From: an uncultured delta proteobacterium
Lineage (GTDB): Bacteria > Myxococcota_A > UBA9160 > SZUA-336
DNA: 64,000 nucleotides
Assembly: GCA_963704165.1 (NCBI GenBank)
Contig: CAVPHD010000008.1
Location: 1-64,000 of the forward strand
Reading direction: 5' to 3'
In this document: piece after piece, positions 1 through 10,939 of the stretch
How the letters are laid out: every line of letters begins with the position of its first letter
Numbering within the stretch: position 1 is the first letter of the stretch
Made by a program: the position numbers and the translations under genes
The notes under the pieces: model-generated
Told to the model about the DNA's origin: nothing
The model's database searches: none
What the model saw: the letters and a program-made list of their open reading frames with translations, nothing else

Positions 1-204
1 TTCCTCTCCCAACCTTTCTTCGTGGCCGAAGTATTCACCGGCAGCCCCGGTAAATACGTCAGCCTGAAGGACACCATTAGCGGTTTCAAGGCCATCGTCA
101 ATGGTGAATATGATCATCTGCCGGAGCAGGCCTGTATATGGTCGGCAGTATCGAAGAGGCCGCCGAACGAGGCGGTGACGTCTGAACCCCAGACGGGAGA
201 TTGA
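1..204 (+). CDS. atpD: F0F1 ATP synthase beta subunit, C-terminal part (partial, with indels)
   Basis: [44 protein letters not shown] is the conserved AtpD C-terminus; frame breaks after ~130, end approximate. Confidence 0.9.
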   Translation, partial: FLSQPFFVAEVFTGSPGKYVSLKDTISGFKAIVNGEYDHLPEQACIWSAVSKRPPNEAVTSEPQTGD

Positions 205-207
205 ACC

Positions 208-630
208 ATGGCGATGACAATCCATGTTGATATCGTAAGCGCTGAAGGTGAGATCTTGTCCGGCAGCGCGGAAATGGTGTATGCGCCGCCGCCATGGGTG
301 AAGTGGGTATCGCACCCCGCCATACCCCGATGGTGACCCGTTTGAAGCCCGGTGAGATCCGGGTGGATCGAGGCGACGGTAAACCGATGCAACACTTTTA
401 CGTTTCCGGTGGTATCCTCGAGGTCCAGCCCCATGTGGTTACCGTATTAGCGGACACCGCGGTGCGCGCGACGGAACCGATGAAGCGGCTGCCCAGGAGG
501 CCAGGCGCGTGCCGAGGAAGCCATTGCCAACAAATCCGCCGAGTTCGAGTACGCCAAGGCCCAGGCGGAACTCGCCGAAGCGGTCGCGCAGCTGCGCGCC
601 ATTAAAAACTTGCGCAGTAAGCGTCCCTGA
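208..630 (+). CDS. atpC: ATP synthase epsilon subunit (frameshifted)
   Basis: MAMTIHVDIVSAEGEI..., GEVGIAPRHTPM, FYVSGGILEVQPHVVTVLADTAVRA, AQAELAEAVAQLRAIK spread over several frames; follows atpD. Confidence 0.9.
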
Positions 631-684
631 TATATCCACGCCATCAGTTGGGTCTGAGTTGCCTCGGGCCCTTATCACATAAGC

Positions 685-1169
685 ATGTCGAAAGAAACTA
701 TCAAAGCCGGTAAAATGTGTTTCCCTGACCTATTCGATTTCCGACACCGAAGGCAACGTGCTTGAACAGAGCGACCTGCCGGTCAAATTACATCCACGGC
801 GGCGAGACCGAGTTGATTGGGGGTATGGACAAAGCCGTTGCCGGGAAAGGCGTGGGTGACGAGGTGACGATCAGGCTTTCGCCGGCGCATGGGTTTGGCG
901 ACCACGATCCGAATCTGACCTTCACGGATGATATCGAGAATGTCCCACCCCAATTCAGACAACTGGGTGCTGAGGTGCAGATGCAGAACGAGGTGGGTGA
1001 AATGAAGAGCTTTTTCGTTACCAAGATTGAAAACGGTCGGCTGACCGTGGATGGCGATCATCCCCTGGCCGGCAAGGAATTGACGGTGAAGGTGAAGATC
1101 CTCGAAGTGCGGGATGCCACCCAGGAGGACGCCACGCATATCGGGATCCCGGCCAGCCCCAAACCCTGA
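685..1169 (+). CDS. FKBP-type peptidyl-prolyl isomerase (SlyD/SlpA-like, no His-rich tail; frameshifted near 5' end)
   Basis: YIHGG...GDEVTIRLSPAHGFG...VDGDHPLAGKELTVKVKILEVRDAT motif; ATG at 685 needs a frameshift to join. Confidence 0.85.
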
Positions 1170-1491
1170 ATTGACCTAAGATTGCCCGGCAGTCGGAGGG
1201 CTCGTTCTCGAATCAGTATCTCTATCGGGTCAAGGCTGGTTTGAAAGCGCAGTACACCCCTCACCAAGGATTTTTTCCAGCCCTGCGAAACGGGGATGTC
1301 TCGTTGGCCGCGATTTGCAGTGTTGGACGCAATAAAACTATACTGATTTTTCTTTTCGTTCTCCATTCACCCGGTCCAGACGCTGTAATTGAATTGATAC
1401 TGGTTTTTTTGTCTCCCGGGTTTTGCATTAGGTTGTCCTGATCGGGTGTTCCGAGAATTTCCACCTGATTCCCTGATTTTTGGAAGTCTTC

Positions 1492-2867
1492 ATGAAACTT
1501 GGTGTCTTGATACTGGCTGCAGGCGAAGGAACCCGCATGCGTTCCAGGCTGCCCAAAGTGCTCCATCGGCTTGCCGGAAAACCGCTGCTGTCAGGCGCAT
1601 GTCATCGATACGGCACGGGATTTGCTCGCCCGATGAAATCACCGTGGTGTACAGCCATGGTGGTGAACAGGTGCGGGATCTGCTCGCTGCGGACGATCTG
1701 GATTGGTGTGAGCAGATACAACGTCTTGGTACCGGTCATGCTGTGATTCAGGCCTTGCCGTATCTCCAGCGGGTCGATCAGGTGGTGATTCTGTACGGAG
1801 ATGTCCCGCTGATCACCGGCCGGACCCTGCAGGCCGCCAATGGTCTGCGCCGCTGTGATCTGGTCCTGCTCACCGAACAGCTCGAAGATGCCACTGGTTA
1901 TGGCCGTATCCTGCGCGATGCCGGCGGCCGGATTACCGAGATTGTGGAGCAGAAGGATGCCAGTGATGAGCAGTTGCTGATCAAGGAGATCAATACCGGA
2001 ATCCTGGCGGTCAAGCGCTCCCGTCTGGAGGACTGGCTGAGCCGGATCGGTAATCGCAATGCACAGCGGGAATATTACCTGACCGATATCATCGCCCTGG
2101 CGGTGCAGGACGGCGTGGAGATCGAGGCGGTGAACCCCGCCAGTGAAGAGGAAGTCATGGGCATCAACGACCGCCGGCAATTGGCCTATCTGGAACGGCA
2201 CGTGCAGCGTGAACGGGCGGCAGGATTGATGAAATCGGGTGTCACTCTGGCCGATCCGGCGCGCCTGGACGTACGCTGGTGAGTTGCACACCGGCAGCGA
2301 TGTGTTCATCGACTGTAACGTCATCTTCGAAGGCCGGGTGGAACTGGCGGATGGAGTGAAGATCGGCCCCAATGTGCTGATCAGGAATGCCGTCATCAAA
2401 GAACAGGTGGAGATCTTCGCCAACAGCGTGATCGAAGATGCAGTGATCGGGCAGGCTCACGCGTCGGACCCTTCGCCCGCATTCGCCCGGAGACCGAACT
2501 GGCGGATCATGTGCATATCGGCAATTTTGTCGAGGTCGAAGAAGAGCCGGGTCGCCTCCGGCAGTAAGATCAATCACCTGAGCTATGTGGGTGACAGCGT
2601 GATCGGCAGCCAGGTGAACATCGGCGCGGGCACCATCACCTGCAATTACGACGGGGCCAACAAACATCAGACCGTCATTGGGGACAATGCCTTCATCGGT
2701 CCGCGACACCCAGTTGGTGGCGCCGGTGACGGTCGGAGCCGGCGCCACCGATCGGCGCCGGCTCCACCATCACCCGGGATACCCCGCCCGACAAGCTGAC
2801 CCTGAGCCGCGCCAAACAGATCAGCGTGGATAACTGGCAGCGGCCGATTAAACAACCCAAAGATTAG
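1492..2867 (+). CDS. glmU: Bifunctional UDP-GlcNAc pyrophosphorylase/glucosamine-1-P acetyltransferase (several frameshifts)
   Basis: [75 protein letters not shown] across frames. Confidence 0.93.
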
Positions 2868-2884
2868 CGCCAAGGAGGCGTTGT

Positions 2885-3005
2885 ATGTGTGGCATTGTAG
2901 GCGCGGTTGCGCAACGGGACGTGGCCCCCTCATTCTGCTGGAAGGGCTGAAACGCCTGGAATATCGAGGTTACGACTCCGCCGGCCTGGCGGTGCTCGAT
3001 GACGC
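2885..3005 (+). CDS. glmS: Glutamine-fructose-6-phosphate aminotransferase, N-terminal ~40 aa only (truncated at junction)
   Basis: [14 protein letters not shown]...[22 protein letters not shown] with RBS AAGGAGG; homology stops abruptly at ~3005. Confidence 0.9.
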
Positions 3006-3059
3006 GGCGGACGCGAGTGCCAGCCCCGCCAAGAGCAGCGCGATTCGCGCCGTCACCAT
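3005..3059 (-). CDS. Signal-peptide remnant of the next Bat-operon gene (probably BatD), truncated at junction
   Basis: [19 protein letters not shown] overlaps the stop of the upstream gene; BatD identity inferred from operon position only. Confidence 0.45.
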
Positions 3060-4669
3060 GTCTTTGCTCCCGGACGAGCACGCGGCTTGCCGTCGAACTC
3101 GTTCGTGACCTGCCGGCGCAAGGCGTCGCCCACGGGCTCGTCGAGCGTCGCGAGCCAGCGCTCGGCTTCGCGCTCGTCGAGTCCAACGGGCGAGGGCTGG
3201 GGCTCGCCGCGAGCCGGGGCGTCCGTGCTCGGCGCGGGCTCGGAAGATTCGCCGTCGCGTTTGGAGCTCGGACTCGGCTCGGTCTCGGGTGCGGGCGGAA
3301 GTTCGAGGATCCTCGAAAGCGCGAATTCGTAGTTGAACTTCGCTTCGACCTCGTCCGGTCGCGCGAGCAGGGCCGCCCAGTAGGCGTCGCGCGCCTCCTC
3401 GAAGTGCTTCTGCGCGACGAGCGTATTCCCCAGGTTGAAGCTCGCCGCGAACCGCGCCGCATCGTCGCCGGGCCGCAAGGCGCGCAGCGCTTCCAGGTAC
3501 GCGCTCGCAGCCTGATCGATGCGGTCCAGCCGGTAGAGCGCATTGCCGATCCGGATCTGCGTGCGCGCATCGTCGGCTCCGGTGCGCTCGGCCTCGCGGT
3601 AGTAGCCGAGCGCTTCCTCGGGACGCCCGTCCGCGAGCGCTTCATCGCCGCTCGCAAGCCAGCTCGAGACGGGTCCGAACGCCGCGGTCGCGAGCGCGAC
3701 GGTCGCGACCGCAACCCGTTGGCGGTGAGCCGGGCGCAGGCGTTGCAGGTGCTCTCCCGAGAGCCAGAGCTCCGCGATCAGCGCGAGTCCCGCGGCCAAG
3801 ATCCAGGGCAGGAGCGGATCCGTGAACGGCTCGCCGGCCGGCTCGGGCGCGGCACGCGGTACCGGCGGTGGCAAGAGATCCGCGGGGGTCGGCCGCTCCT
3901 CGATCTCGCGGAAGTAGACGCCGCTGGTCTCCGAAGCGATCCGACGCAGAATGGCGTCGTCGCGGCGCGAGACCGTCGGCTCGCCGCTGCGGATCGACTC
4001 GGTGAGTGCGAGCTGCCCCGGCACCGCGGCGCCGTCCTCGGTCCCGAATCCGACGGCGACGACCCGCGCGCCAAGGCTCGTGAGCTCGGCGATCTGTGCA
4101 TCGAGCGACGGACCGAAATGCTCGCCGTCCGTCAGCAGGAGCACGGTGCGCGGCCGGCTCGAGCGCGGATCGAAGGCGCGTGCGGCCACCGCCAATCCGC
4201 GGCCGAGTTCGCTGCCGCGTACCGAGATCGTGTCACCGTCGAGCGCGCGCAGATACGTCAGGACGGCATCGTGATCCTGCGTCAGCGGCAGCGCGATGAA
4301 CGCCTCGCCCGCGAACACGACCAGCGCGAGGCGGACATCCCGCGCCTCCTCGGCCACGCGCTCGGCCGTGCGCAGCGCGCGCCGAAGCCGCGATGGGGCG
4401 ACGTCGGTCACGTCCATGCTGGAAGACGTGTCGATCGCGATCACCACGTCCGCGGAATCGTCCGAGAGCGATTCGGGGGTCTCGAGTGCGAGCGTGAGCG
4501 AGATCGCGACCAGCGCGGCGACGCTCGAGAGCGCGAGCGCGCGCGCGATTCGCGCGACCGGGGTGGGATCGCGCCCGAGCCAATCGATGAGCTCGCGGCG
4601 TCCCCGGAGCGCGGCCTGGCCGGCGAGTGCGGCGACCGCGAACACCGCGAGCCAAGGAAGCGCGTTCAC
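3053..4669 (-). CDS. vWA domain + TPR protein (BatB/BatC-like fusion)
   Basis: [37 protein letters not shown] helices ([16 protein letters not shown]), C-terminal KTW; GTG at 4669 overlaps upstream stop. Confidence 0.85.
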   Translation of the reverse strand: MNALPWLAVFAVAALAGQAALRGRRELIDWLGRDPTPVARIARALALSSVAALVAISLTLALETPESLSDDSADVVIAIDTSSSMDVTDVAPSRLRRALRTAERVAEEARDVRLALVVFAGEAFIALPLTQDHDAVLTYLRALDGDTISVRGSELGRGLAVAARAFDPRSSRPRTVLLLTDGEHFGPSLDAQIAELTSLGARVVAVGFGTEDGAAVPGQLALTESIRSGEPTVSRRDDAILRRIASETSGVYFREIEERPTPADLLPPPVPRAAPEPAGEPFTDPLLPWILAAGLALIAELWLSGEHLQRLRPAHRQRVAVATVALATAAFGPVSSWLASGDEALADGRPEEALGYYREAERTGADDARTQIRIGNALYRLDRIDQAASAYLEALRALRPGDDAARFAASFNLGNTLVAQKHFEEARDAYWAALLARPDEVEAKFNYEFALSRILELPPAPETEPSPSSKRDGESSEPAPSTDAPARGEPQPSPVGLDEREAERWLATLDEPVGDALRRQVTNEFDGKPRARPGAKTW

Positions 4670-5700
4670 GGCAACCTCCGTGCGAATCCGTGCGCGAGCG
4701 CAGCCTCGATCAGCAAGAGCGCGAGCGCGAGCGCGAGCGACACGGGGGCGAGCGACGCGTGCCGGTAGCGTGGCTCGAGCGGCCGTGGCCGCGCCTCGAG
4801 CCGATCGATCGCCGCCGCGACGCCGGCGAGGTCCTCGGGACGGCGCGCGTGGAAGAAGTGACCCCCGGTCGTGTCCGAGATGTTCTCGAGGGTCTCGCGA
4901 TCGAGATCGACGCGCTCGAAGCGCATCGGGGTTCCCGTGCCGGGCTGTGCGAACGGCACGAGGCCGGACGTGCCGACACCGACGGCGTGGATCCGCACGC
5001 CGGCCCGGGTCGCGAGCTCCGCCGCGGTCTTCGGGGCGAGCTTCCCGGAGTTGTGCCGGCCATCGGTGACGACCACGAGGATGCGACGGCCGTCGTCCGG
5101 ACCGCCGGAGATCGAGAGCCGCTGCGTGCCGAGTCCGATCGCCTCGCCGAGCGCGGTCGCGTCGCCGACCAGCCCGGCCTCGACGCGCGCCAGCGCCTCC
5201 TGCAAGAGCCGGTGATCGACGGTGAGCGGGCACTGGGTGAACGCGTGCTCCCCGAACGCGACCAGCCCGATTCGATCGCCGCCGCGCACGCGCACGAACT
5301 CGGCGACGGCGCGCTTGGCGAGCTCGAGGCGCGTGACCTGCCGGCCCTCGATCTGGCCGTCGAGCGCGAGCATGCTGCCCGATGCATCGAGCGCGATCAC
5401 GAGATCGACGCCGGATCCGCCCGCGGGATTCTCCGGTACGAGACCGATCGGACGTGAGGCCGTCAGCACGAGCAGGCCGAGGACGACGATGCGAAGCGCG
5501 ACCGAGATCAGGAACGCGAGATCAGGCCGACCTCGCCAGGCGGAGGCACCCGCGCTCGGCACGCGCAAGCGCCGCGGACCGCGCACAAGCGCGACGACCG
5601 CGACGATCGCGACCCCGACCAGCCCCGAGACCAGCAGGCGCGGCGCCTCGACCGCGAAGGCCGCGACGTCGAGCGAGCTAAGCGCGGAGACCGGCCACAT
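4666..5700 (-). CDS. batA: vWA domain protein BatA-like
   Basis: DLVIALDASGSM, DRIGLVAFGEHAFTQCPLTVDH, TALGEAIG, VVVTDGRHNSG. Confidence 0.85.
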   Translation of the reverse strand: MWPVSALSSLDVAAFAVEAPRLLVSGLVGVAIVAVVALVRGPRRLRVPSAGASAWRGRPDLAFLISVALRIVVLGLLVLTASRPIGLVPENPAGGSGVDLVIALDASGSMLALDGQIEGRQVTRLELAKRAVAEFVRVRGGDRIGLVAFGEHAFTQCPLTVDHRLLQEALARVEAGLVGDATALGEAIGLGTQRLSISGGPDDGRRILVVVTDGRHNSGKLAPKTAAELATRAGVRIHAVGVGTSGLVPFAQPGTGTPMRFERVDLDRETLENISDTTGGHFFHARRPEDLAGVAAAIDRLEARPRPLEPRYRHASLAPVSLALALALLLIEAALAHGFARRLP

Positions 5701-6550
5701 GGCGAACACGCTCTCGCGCTCTCGACGCGAGGGATGCAAGGGGGGCGAGCGTCGGCCGCTTCTCGAAGCGCGCGAGCTCGAGCGACTGCAGGATGTTCAC
5801 GAGCTCCAGATCCACCATCGCCGGGAGTTCAGCCGGCGTGGCGCTCGACGCGTCGAAGCTCCACACGCCGGAGACGAAGTCGACCAGCGCGTTGCGCACG
5901 CGGCTCGCGAACGCGCGAGCGTCCGTGCTGCTCTCGGGATCGGCGAGCTCCGAGAGCGCCGTACGGGCCGAGCCCTCGAGCTTCGTCGTCGCCTCGCGAA
6001 GCGTTCGCGCGCGGCGGCGCACGGCGCGAACACCGAGCAAGACCAGCAGGATTCCCGCGGCGCCGACCCCGAAGACCCAGAGAGGTGTCGGCGCGATCGG
6101 GGGTGCCGTGCGGATGTCGAAGACCGCCTCGCGCTCGGGCAGGTCGGCGCGCACCGAGAGCACGGAGAGCGGAACGCCGCCGACGCGGATCGGTCGCACG
6201 GCCCCGTCGGGCCGCACCAGCGGAACCTCGAGCCACGGCAGCGCGTGCTCGCCGACTTCGCGAGCGCGGACGATCCAGAGCAGATGGTGACGCAGACCGG
6301 TGTCGGTTCCGATCGGCTCGACGACCGTCACCGAGTCGGAGGCGAACGCCCCGTCGCCCGGCGCGGCCGGGGTCTGCACCGTGAAACCGGGTGGCGTCTC
6401 GACCTCGACCGTGACGCCGATCGGATCGCCGACCTGCGCGTGACTGCGGTCGAGCGTGATGCGTGCGCCGATCCCCGACTCGAGCACTGGATCCTCGCCG
6501 CAAGCCGCCGACAAGAGCGCAGCGAGAACGAGCGGAGCCGCGCGTTTCAA
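5678..6550 (-). CDS. Bat-operon membrane protein/lipoprotein (BatD/DUF4381-like)
   Basis: Lipobox-like LLSAAC, Ig-like VGDPIGVTVEV, DIR..P then TM segment, ARFE tail; TTG overlaps DUF58 stop. Confidence 0.65.
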   Translation of the reverse strand: MKRAAPLVLAALLSAACGEDPVLESGIGARITLDRSHAQVGDPIGVTVEVETPPGFTVQTPAAPGDGAFASDSVTVVEPIGTDTGLRHHLLWIVRAREVGEHALPWLEVPLVRPDGAVRPIRVGGVPLSVLSVRADLPEREAVFDIRTAPPIAPTPLWVFGVGAAGILLVLLGVRAVRRRARTLREATTKLEGSARTALSELADPESSTDARAFASRVRNALVDFVSGVWSFDASSATPAELPAMVDLELVNILQSLELARFEKRPTLAPLASLASRARERVRHVAGLRA

Positions 6551-7413
6551 TGCCGCCTCCGCGCGCGCTCCTCGAAGAATCGCAACAGGCTCGGCAGGAG
6601 CTTCGCGCCGCTCCAGAGCTCTCCGAAGTCGGCTCCGATCGCACGCAGGGTGCGCTCCGGAAGCGCCGTCTCGGGAATGGCCCCGGCCTCGTGCGTGCGC
6701 CGCCAGAGCCGCGTGCGACGCAGTTCTGCGTCGCGAACGCGAACCGGCGGAAGCCTGCGGGCCGGCCGATCCGCGCGGTCGCGCACGCAGAGCGCGATCA
6801 GGTCGTGCTTGCTCGCGCAGCGCCGCAGCGCCACACCCGGATCCGGGAACAGGAAGTCCGAGATCAGCGCGACCACCGAGTGACGCGGCAGCTTCTCGGC
6901 CGCCCAGCCGAGCGCGGCCCCGGCATCGGTGAACGTGCCGGCGCAGGGAGTCTCGAGCGCGCGGAAGATCCGCTCGAGCGCGATCCGGCCGCTGCTCGGT
7001 GGAAGCACCTGCACGAGCCCCGCCGAGAAGATTGCGAGCGCGACGCGATCCTGCGAAGCGGCGGCAGCCGCAGCCAGCGCCGCAGCGGCGCGCCGCACGG
7101 CTTCGAGCTTGGTGGCCCCGGAGAAGCCGAAGTCGAGCGAAGGAGACAGATCGACGAGCAAGGCGACGACCACGTCGCGCTCCTCGCGCATTCGCTTCAC
7201 GATCGGGCGCCCCATGCGTGCGGTCGCGTTCCACTCCAGCCAGCGCACGTCGTCCCCCGGTGCATAGTCGCGAAGTTCCTCGAAGGTGAGTCCCTGACCG
7301 CGGAACGCGCTTCGGTAGGCGCCGGTGAGCGACGTCGAGACGTCGCGGCGAGCGCGAACGCGCAGCGCGCGTGCGGCGCGGGCCGCGTCGCTGCGCGCGA
7401 GATCCGGCTTCAT
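6547..7413 (-). CDS. DUF58 domain protein
   Basis: GAYRSAFRGQGLTFEELRDYAPGDDVRWLEWNATAR...EER. Confidence 0.9.
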   Translation of the reverse strand: MKPDLARSDAARAARALRVRARRDVSTSLTGAYRSAFRGQGLTFEELRDYAPGDDVRWLEWNATARMGRPIVKRMREERDVVVALLVDLSPSLDFGFSGATKLEAVRRAAAALAAAAAASQDRVALAIFSAGLVQVLPPSSGRIALERIFRALETPCAGTFTDAGAALGWAAEKLPRHSVVALISDFLFPDPGVALRRCASKHDLIALCVRDRADRPARRLPPVRVRDAELRRTRLWRRTHEAGAIPETALPERTLRAIGADFGELWSGAKLLPSLLRFFEERARRRH

Positions 7414-8333
7414 GGGGTCGGTACCGAGGCCAGGACCTCGCGAACGATCCCGTCGGGTGTCCGGCCTTCGGCCTCGGCCTCGTAGGAGAGCAGCAGGCGG
7501 TGGCGCAGGACGGAAGGCGCCACGCGCTTCACGTCTTCCGGGAGCACGTATTCGCGTCGCTCGAGGAAGGCACGCGCGCGCGCGGCCTCGATCAGGTAGA
7601 TCGACGCGCGTGGCGAGCCGCCGAGCTCGACGCCATCGATCTCGCGACTTCGCTCGACGAGCCGTACGGCGTAATCGACCAGCGACGGCTCGACGTGCAG
7701 CGCGCGCACCGTATGTCGCAAGCTCATCACTTCGACGGCGCCGATCGCGACCTCGGGCTGTTCGATCTCGGCGGAAGCCGTGCGACTGCGGACGATCTCG
7801 ATCTCTTCCTCCCGCGTCGGGTAGTCGACCCGCAGCTTCAGCATGAAGCGATCGACCTGGGCTTCCGGAAGCGGGTACACGCCCTCTTGCTCGACCGGAT
7901 TCTGTGTCGCCATGACCAGGAACGGCTCCGGCAGTCGCAGGGTCTCCCCCGCGAGCGTCACCTGCCGCTCCTCCATCGCCTCGAGCAGAGCACTCTGAAC
8001 CTTCGCGGGTGCGCGGTTGATCTCGTCCGCGAGGATCACGTTGTGGAAGAGCGGCCCGCGGTGCAGCCGGAAGCTGCCGTTCGCCGGATCGTAGACCTGC
8101 GTGCCGAGCAGGTCCGCCGGCAGCAGATCCGGCGTGAACTGGATCCGTCGGAAGTCGAGGTCGAGCACGCGCGCGAACGCGCGCACCGCCGTCGTCTTGG
8201 CGAGCCCGGGGACGCCCTCGACGAGCACGTGCCCCTGACAGAGAAGCGCGACGAGTAGGCCGTCGACCAGCTCGCGCTGTCCGACGAGTACGCGCGCCAT
8301 CTCTCGCCGGATCCGCTCTACCGCGTCACTCAA
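7410..8333 (-). CDS. moxR: MoxR family AAA+ ATPase
   Basis: GHVLVEGVPGLAKT, RIQFTPDLLPADLLGT, LADEINRAPAKVQSALLEAM, ATQNPVEQEG.YPLPEAQVDRF. Confidence 0.95.
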   Translation of the reverse strand: MSDAVERIRREMARVLVGQRELVDGLLVALLCQGHVLVEGVPGLAKTTAVRAFARVLDLDFRRIQFTPDLLPADLLGTQVYDPANGSFRLHRGPLFHNVILADEINRAPAKVQSALLEAMEERQVTLAGETLRLPEPFLVMATQNPVEQEGVYPLPEAQVDRFMLKLRVDYPTREEEIEIVRSRTASAEIEQPEVAIGAVEVMSLRHTVRALHVEPSLVDYAVRLVERSREIDGVELGGSPRASIYLIEAARARAFLERREYVLPEDVKRVAPSVLRHRLLLSYEAEAEGRTPDGIVREVLASVPTP

Positions 8334-8356
8334 GGATCACCCGTGCCGAGTCTACC

Positions 8357-10939
8357 TCAGGGAGGTGTGGGGCTGGGCGCCGGATCGGGCTCCGCGGGCG
8401 CGTCTCCGGTGGGAATCAGATTGCCCAGCGTGCGCACGCCCTTCATCACGGCGTCCGAGGCGAAGCCGACGGCGTTGCGTACACGTTCGGGCGGAAGCGG
8501 CGTGACGGTCATGTCGTCGCGCGGACCGTCCAGGCTGAAGTAGAGCGCGAGCAGGTTGCGATCCTTGCCGAGGATCACGTTGCGCACGATCGGCAGGCTG
8601 CCGATCACGGAGTCGAGCGTCTTCAGGAAGAGCAGGGCGACGACGAACTCCGATTCCTTGGTCGGCGTGTTCAAGTCCATCTCGCCGCTACCGAGCATGC
8701 GAAGCTGGGAACCGAGCAGCTTCGCGTCGGCCATTTCGAGCCGGCCGTCGGCGAGCTTGAAGTCCGCCGAGAGCGTGTCGTACGGGAGCGGCCGACCGAG
8801 CAGGCCGCTGACACCGGAAAGCGACGGAAGACGCGCGAGTGCGACCAGGCCGGGGAGCTTCGCGACGCTGCCGTTCCGGAGGTCGAGGTGGAGCTCGAGC
8901 TCGCCGTCGGTCGCGAATCGGCCGCCCCGACGCAACGCGCCCGAGACCACGCCCTTGGCATTGCCGCGCCCGACGACGCTCTGGTCCGGCAGCTCGAAAA
9001 CCGTGGCGACCGGCCCGGCGTCGAAGTCGCGAAGCTCGAGGTCGAAACGATAGGGCGCACGTCCGACTTCACCGAGCGACATGCGGCCCGAGCCCGTGAT
9101 CGAACCGCCCGCGAGCGCAGCGGTCAGGCTCGAGAAGCGCACGTCGGCGGCGCGCGCGTCGAGGTCGGCGCGCAGGTTCGAGGCGCGAAGATCGCCGAGG
9201 TTCAGCCGGTCGAGCGCGATCCGACCCGAGAGCCAGACCGGCCCCTCGGCCGGGCGCCCGGACGCCTGCTCGCGCAAGTATCGGACTCGCAATGCGACGC
9301 GATCGGCCTCGGGGTCCCAGCGGACGTCGATCTCTGCGGGCGCGCCGCCGAGCACTCCGCGCACGCCCTCGCTCTCGATTCCTCCGCGGGGAAAGCGCAG
9401 CCGGCCCGATCCCTCGCGAAGCGGCAGCACGAACGCCGGATAGCGCAGCGCGAGATGGCTGAACGAGAGCACCGTCGGCTCGGCGTCTTCGGAGCGATCA
9501 TCCGCGAGCCCGTCCACCAGAGCCCCGATGCCCGCGAGTTCGGTCTCGGGACCTCCAACCACGCTGTCTTCGTCGTCCGGCAAGTTCGAGAGCCGGTCGA
9601 GCCCGTCGATGATCACGTCGATCTCGGGCGTCGGTTTGCCTTCGTCGGTCAACCGCAGGTCGTGGATCTCGAGCACGTTTCCGCGAATCCGAAGCACGCC
9701 CGACATGTTCTCGAGCCGGGTTCTCGGATTGGGTCGATAGATCCCGTCGCGCGCGCGCAGGTCGAGCTGGAAGGCCCGCGGCGCGAGCGGCGCGTCGAAC
9801 GAGAGCCGCGCGCCCGCGGTCGTTCGCGGAACGTCGATCACCAGATGGGCATCCTCGACGGTCCCGGCTTCGATCTGCGAAGCCACGCGCCGCCAGGTGT
9901 CGATCTTCATGCCCAGGAGCGTCAGCGGATTCAGGCGATCGCGGCGTCCGGGTTCGAAATTCCCGAGGCGCAGGTCGAGCGCGATGCGCCCCGGGGTGCG
10001 CGTGTCGAGCGTGATCGATCCGGTCGCGACCAGATCGTCGAGCGTGAGCGGCCGCAAACCGAGCTCGAGCACGCTCCCGTTCCAATCGACGTCGGCCGCG
10101 AGTCGTGCGCGCGCGGGCTCGATCGACCGAGCGATCGTCGGCACGCGCAGCGAGAGCTTCGCGACATCGAGGTCGAGCTTGCCCCGAAGCGCGCCCGCGT
10201 CGTGCTCGTAGGCGAGGTCGAAGCTGCCGCTGGCGAGTCCGCGCGCGCGAACGGGGTTCTCGGGTGTGAACCCCAGGTCGAGCCCGACGACGCTGCCGCG
10301 AGCTTCGCCCCCGCTGCGACCCGCCGAGAAGCGCAGCGACATCTCGCCGAGCGCGCTCTTGCCCCGGACCACGCGCGCGCTCGCCTCGCCCTCGATCCGC
10401 CGACCGAATCCCGCGCGCTTGGCCTCGACGTGCAGGCCGCGGATCTCGTACGGATCCCCCGATGCGGGCGTGTACGTGACCTCGGCGTCGCGGACCGAGA
10501 GCCCGACCGGTGGCAGTCGGCCGAGGTCGAAGGCGGGTCCGCCCGCCGCACCCGCCGCCCGCAGGCGGAGCACCGGTCGCTCGAGCACCCAATCGAGCGG
10601 CAGGAACTGCCCGGCCAGAAGTCGCGGCCACGCCTGGCGGCCGATCGCGCGTTCGACCTCGAGAAGGGGCGCCTGATCCGGCTGCGCGGAATCCGTGACG
10701 CGGAGATTCGCGAACTCGACCTCGAGGCTCGCGCCCGGGCGGAACGAGATCGAGCCGATCTCGACGTGCCGCCCGAGCACGCGCGAGAGCGCCCCCGCGA
10801 CGAACTCGGCATCCGCGGTGTAGATCAGCGCCGCCAGTCCGCCCACCGATGCGAGCCCGAGCAGGAGTGCCGCGATGCCGAGGCGGCGCCAGATCCGCCG
10901 CGCGCGACGGGGCTCCGGCCTGGAGTCGGGCTGCGACAG
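8357..10939 (-). CDS. AsmA-like (YhdP/AsmA_2 C-terminal) envelope protein
   Basis: N-terminal TM, long beta-rich body, C-terminal LPYDTLSADFKLADG...LGSGEMDL...IGSLPIVRNVILG; start placed at a CTG after GAGGGGG (uncertain). Confidence 0.75.
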   Translation of the reverse strand: MSQPDSRPEPRRARRIWRRLGIAALLLGLASVGGLAALIYTADAEFVAGALSRVLGRHVEIGSISFRPGASLEVEFANLRVTDSAQPDQAPLLEVERAIGRQAWPRLLAGQFLPLDWVLERPVLRLRAAGAAGGPAFDLGRLPPVGLSVRDAEVTYTPASGDPYEIRGLHVEAKRAGFGRRIEGEASARVVRGKSALGEMSLRFSAGRSGGEARGSVVGLDLGFTPENPVRARGLASGSFDLAYEHDAGALRGKLDLDVAKLSLRVPTIARSIEPARARLAADVDWNGSVLELGLRPLTLDDLVATGSITLDTRTPGRIALDLRLGNFEPGRRDRLNPLTLLGMKIDTWRRVASQIEAGTVEDAHLVIDVPRTTAGARLSFDAPLAPRAFQLDLRARDGIYRPNPRTRLENMSGVLRIRGNVLEIHDLRLTDEGKPTPEIDVIIDGLDRLSNLPDDEDSVVGGPETELAGIGALVDGLADDRSEDAEPTVLSFSHLALRYPAFVLPLREGSGRLRFPRGGIESEGVRGVLGGAPAEIDVRWDPEADRVALRVRYLREQASGRPAEGPVWLSGRIALDRLNLGDLRASNLRADLDARAADVRFSSLTAALAGGSITGSGRMSLGEVGRAPYRFDLELRDFDAGPVATVFELPDQSVVGRGNAKGVVSGALRRGGRFATDGELELHLDLRNGSVAKLPGLVALARLPSLSGVSGLLGRPLPYDTLSADFKLADGRLEMADAKLLGSQLRMLGSGEMDLNTPTKESEFVVALLFLKTLDSVIGSLPIVRNVILGKDRNLLALYFSLDGPRDDMTVTPLPPERVRNAVGFASDAVMKGVRTLGNLIPTGDAPAEPDPAPSPTPP

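Noticed and set aside
1..2867. Real pseudogenisation of atpD, atpC and glmU
   Set aside because: Essential genes with intact motifs and scattered single-base indels point to sequencing error
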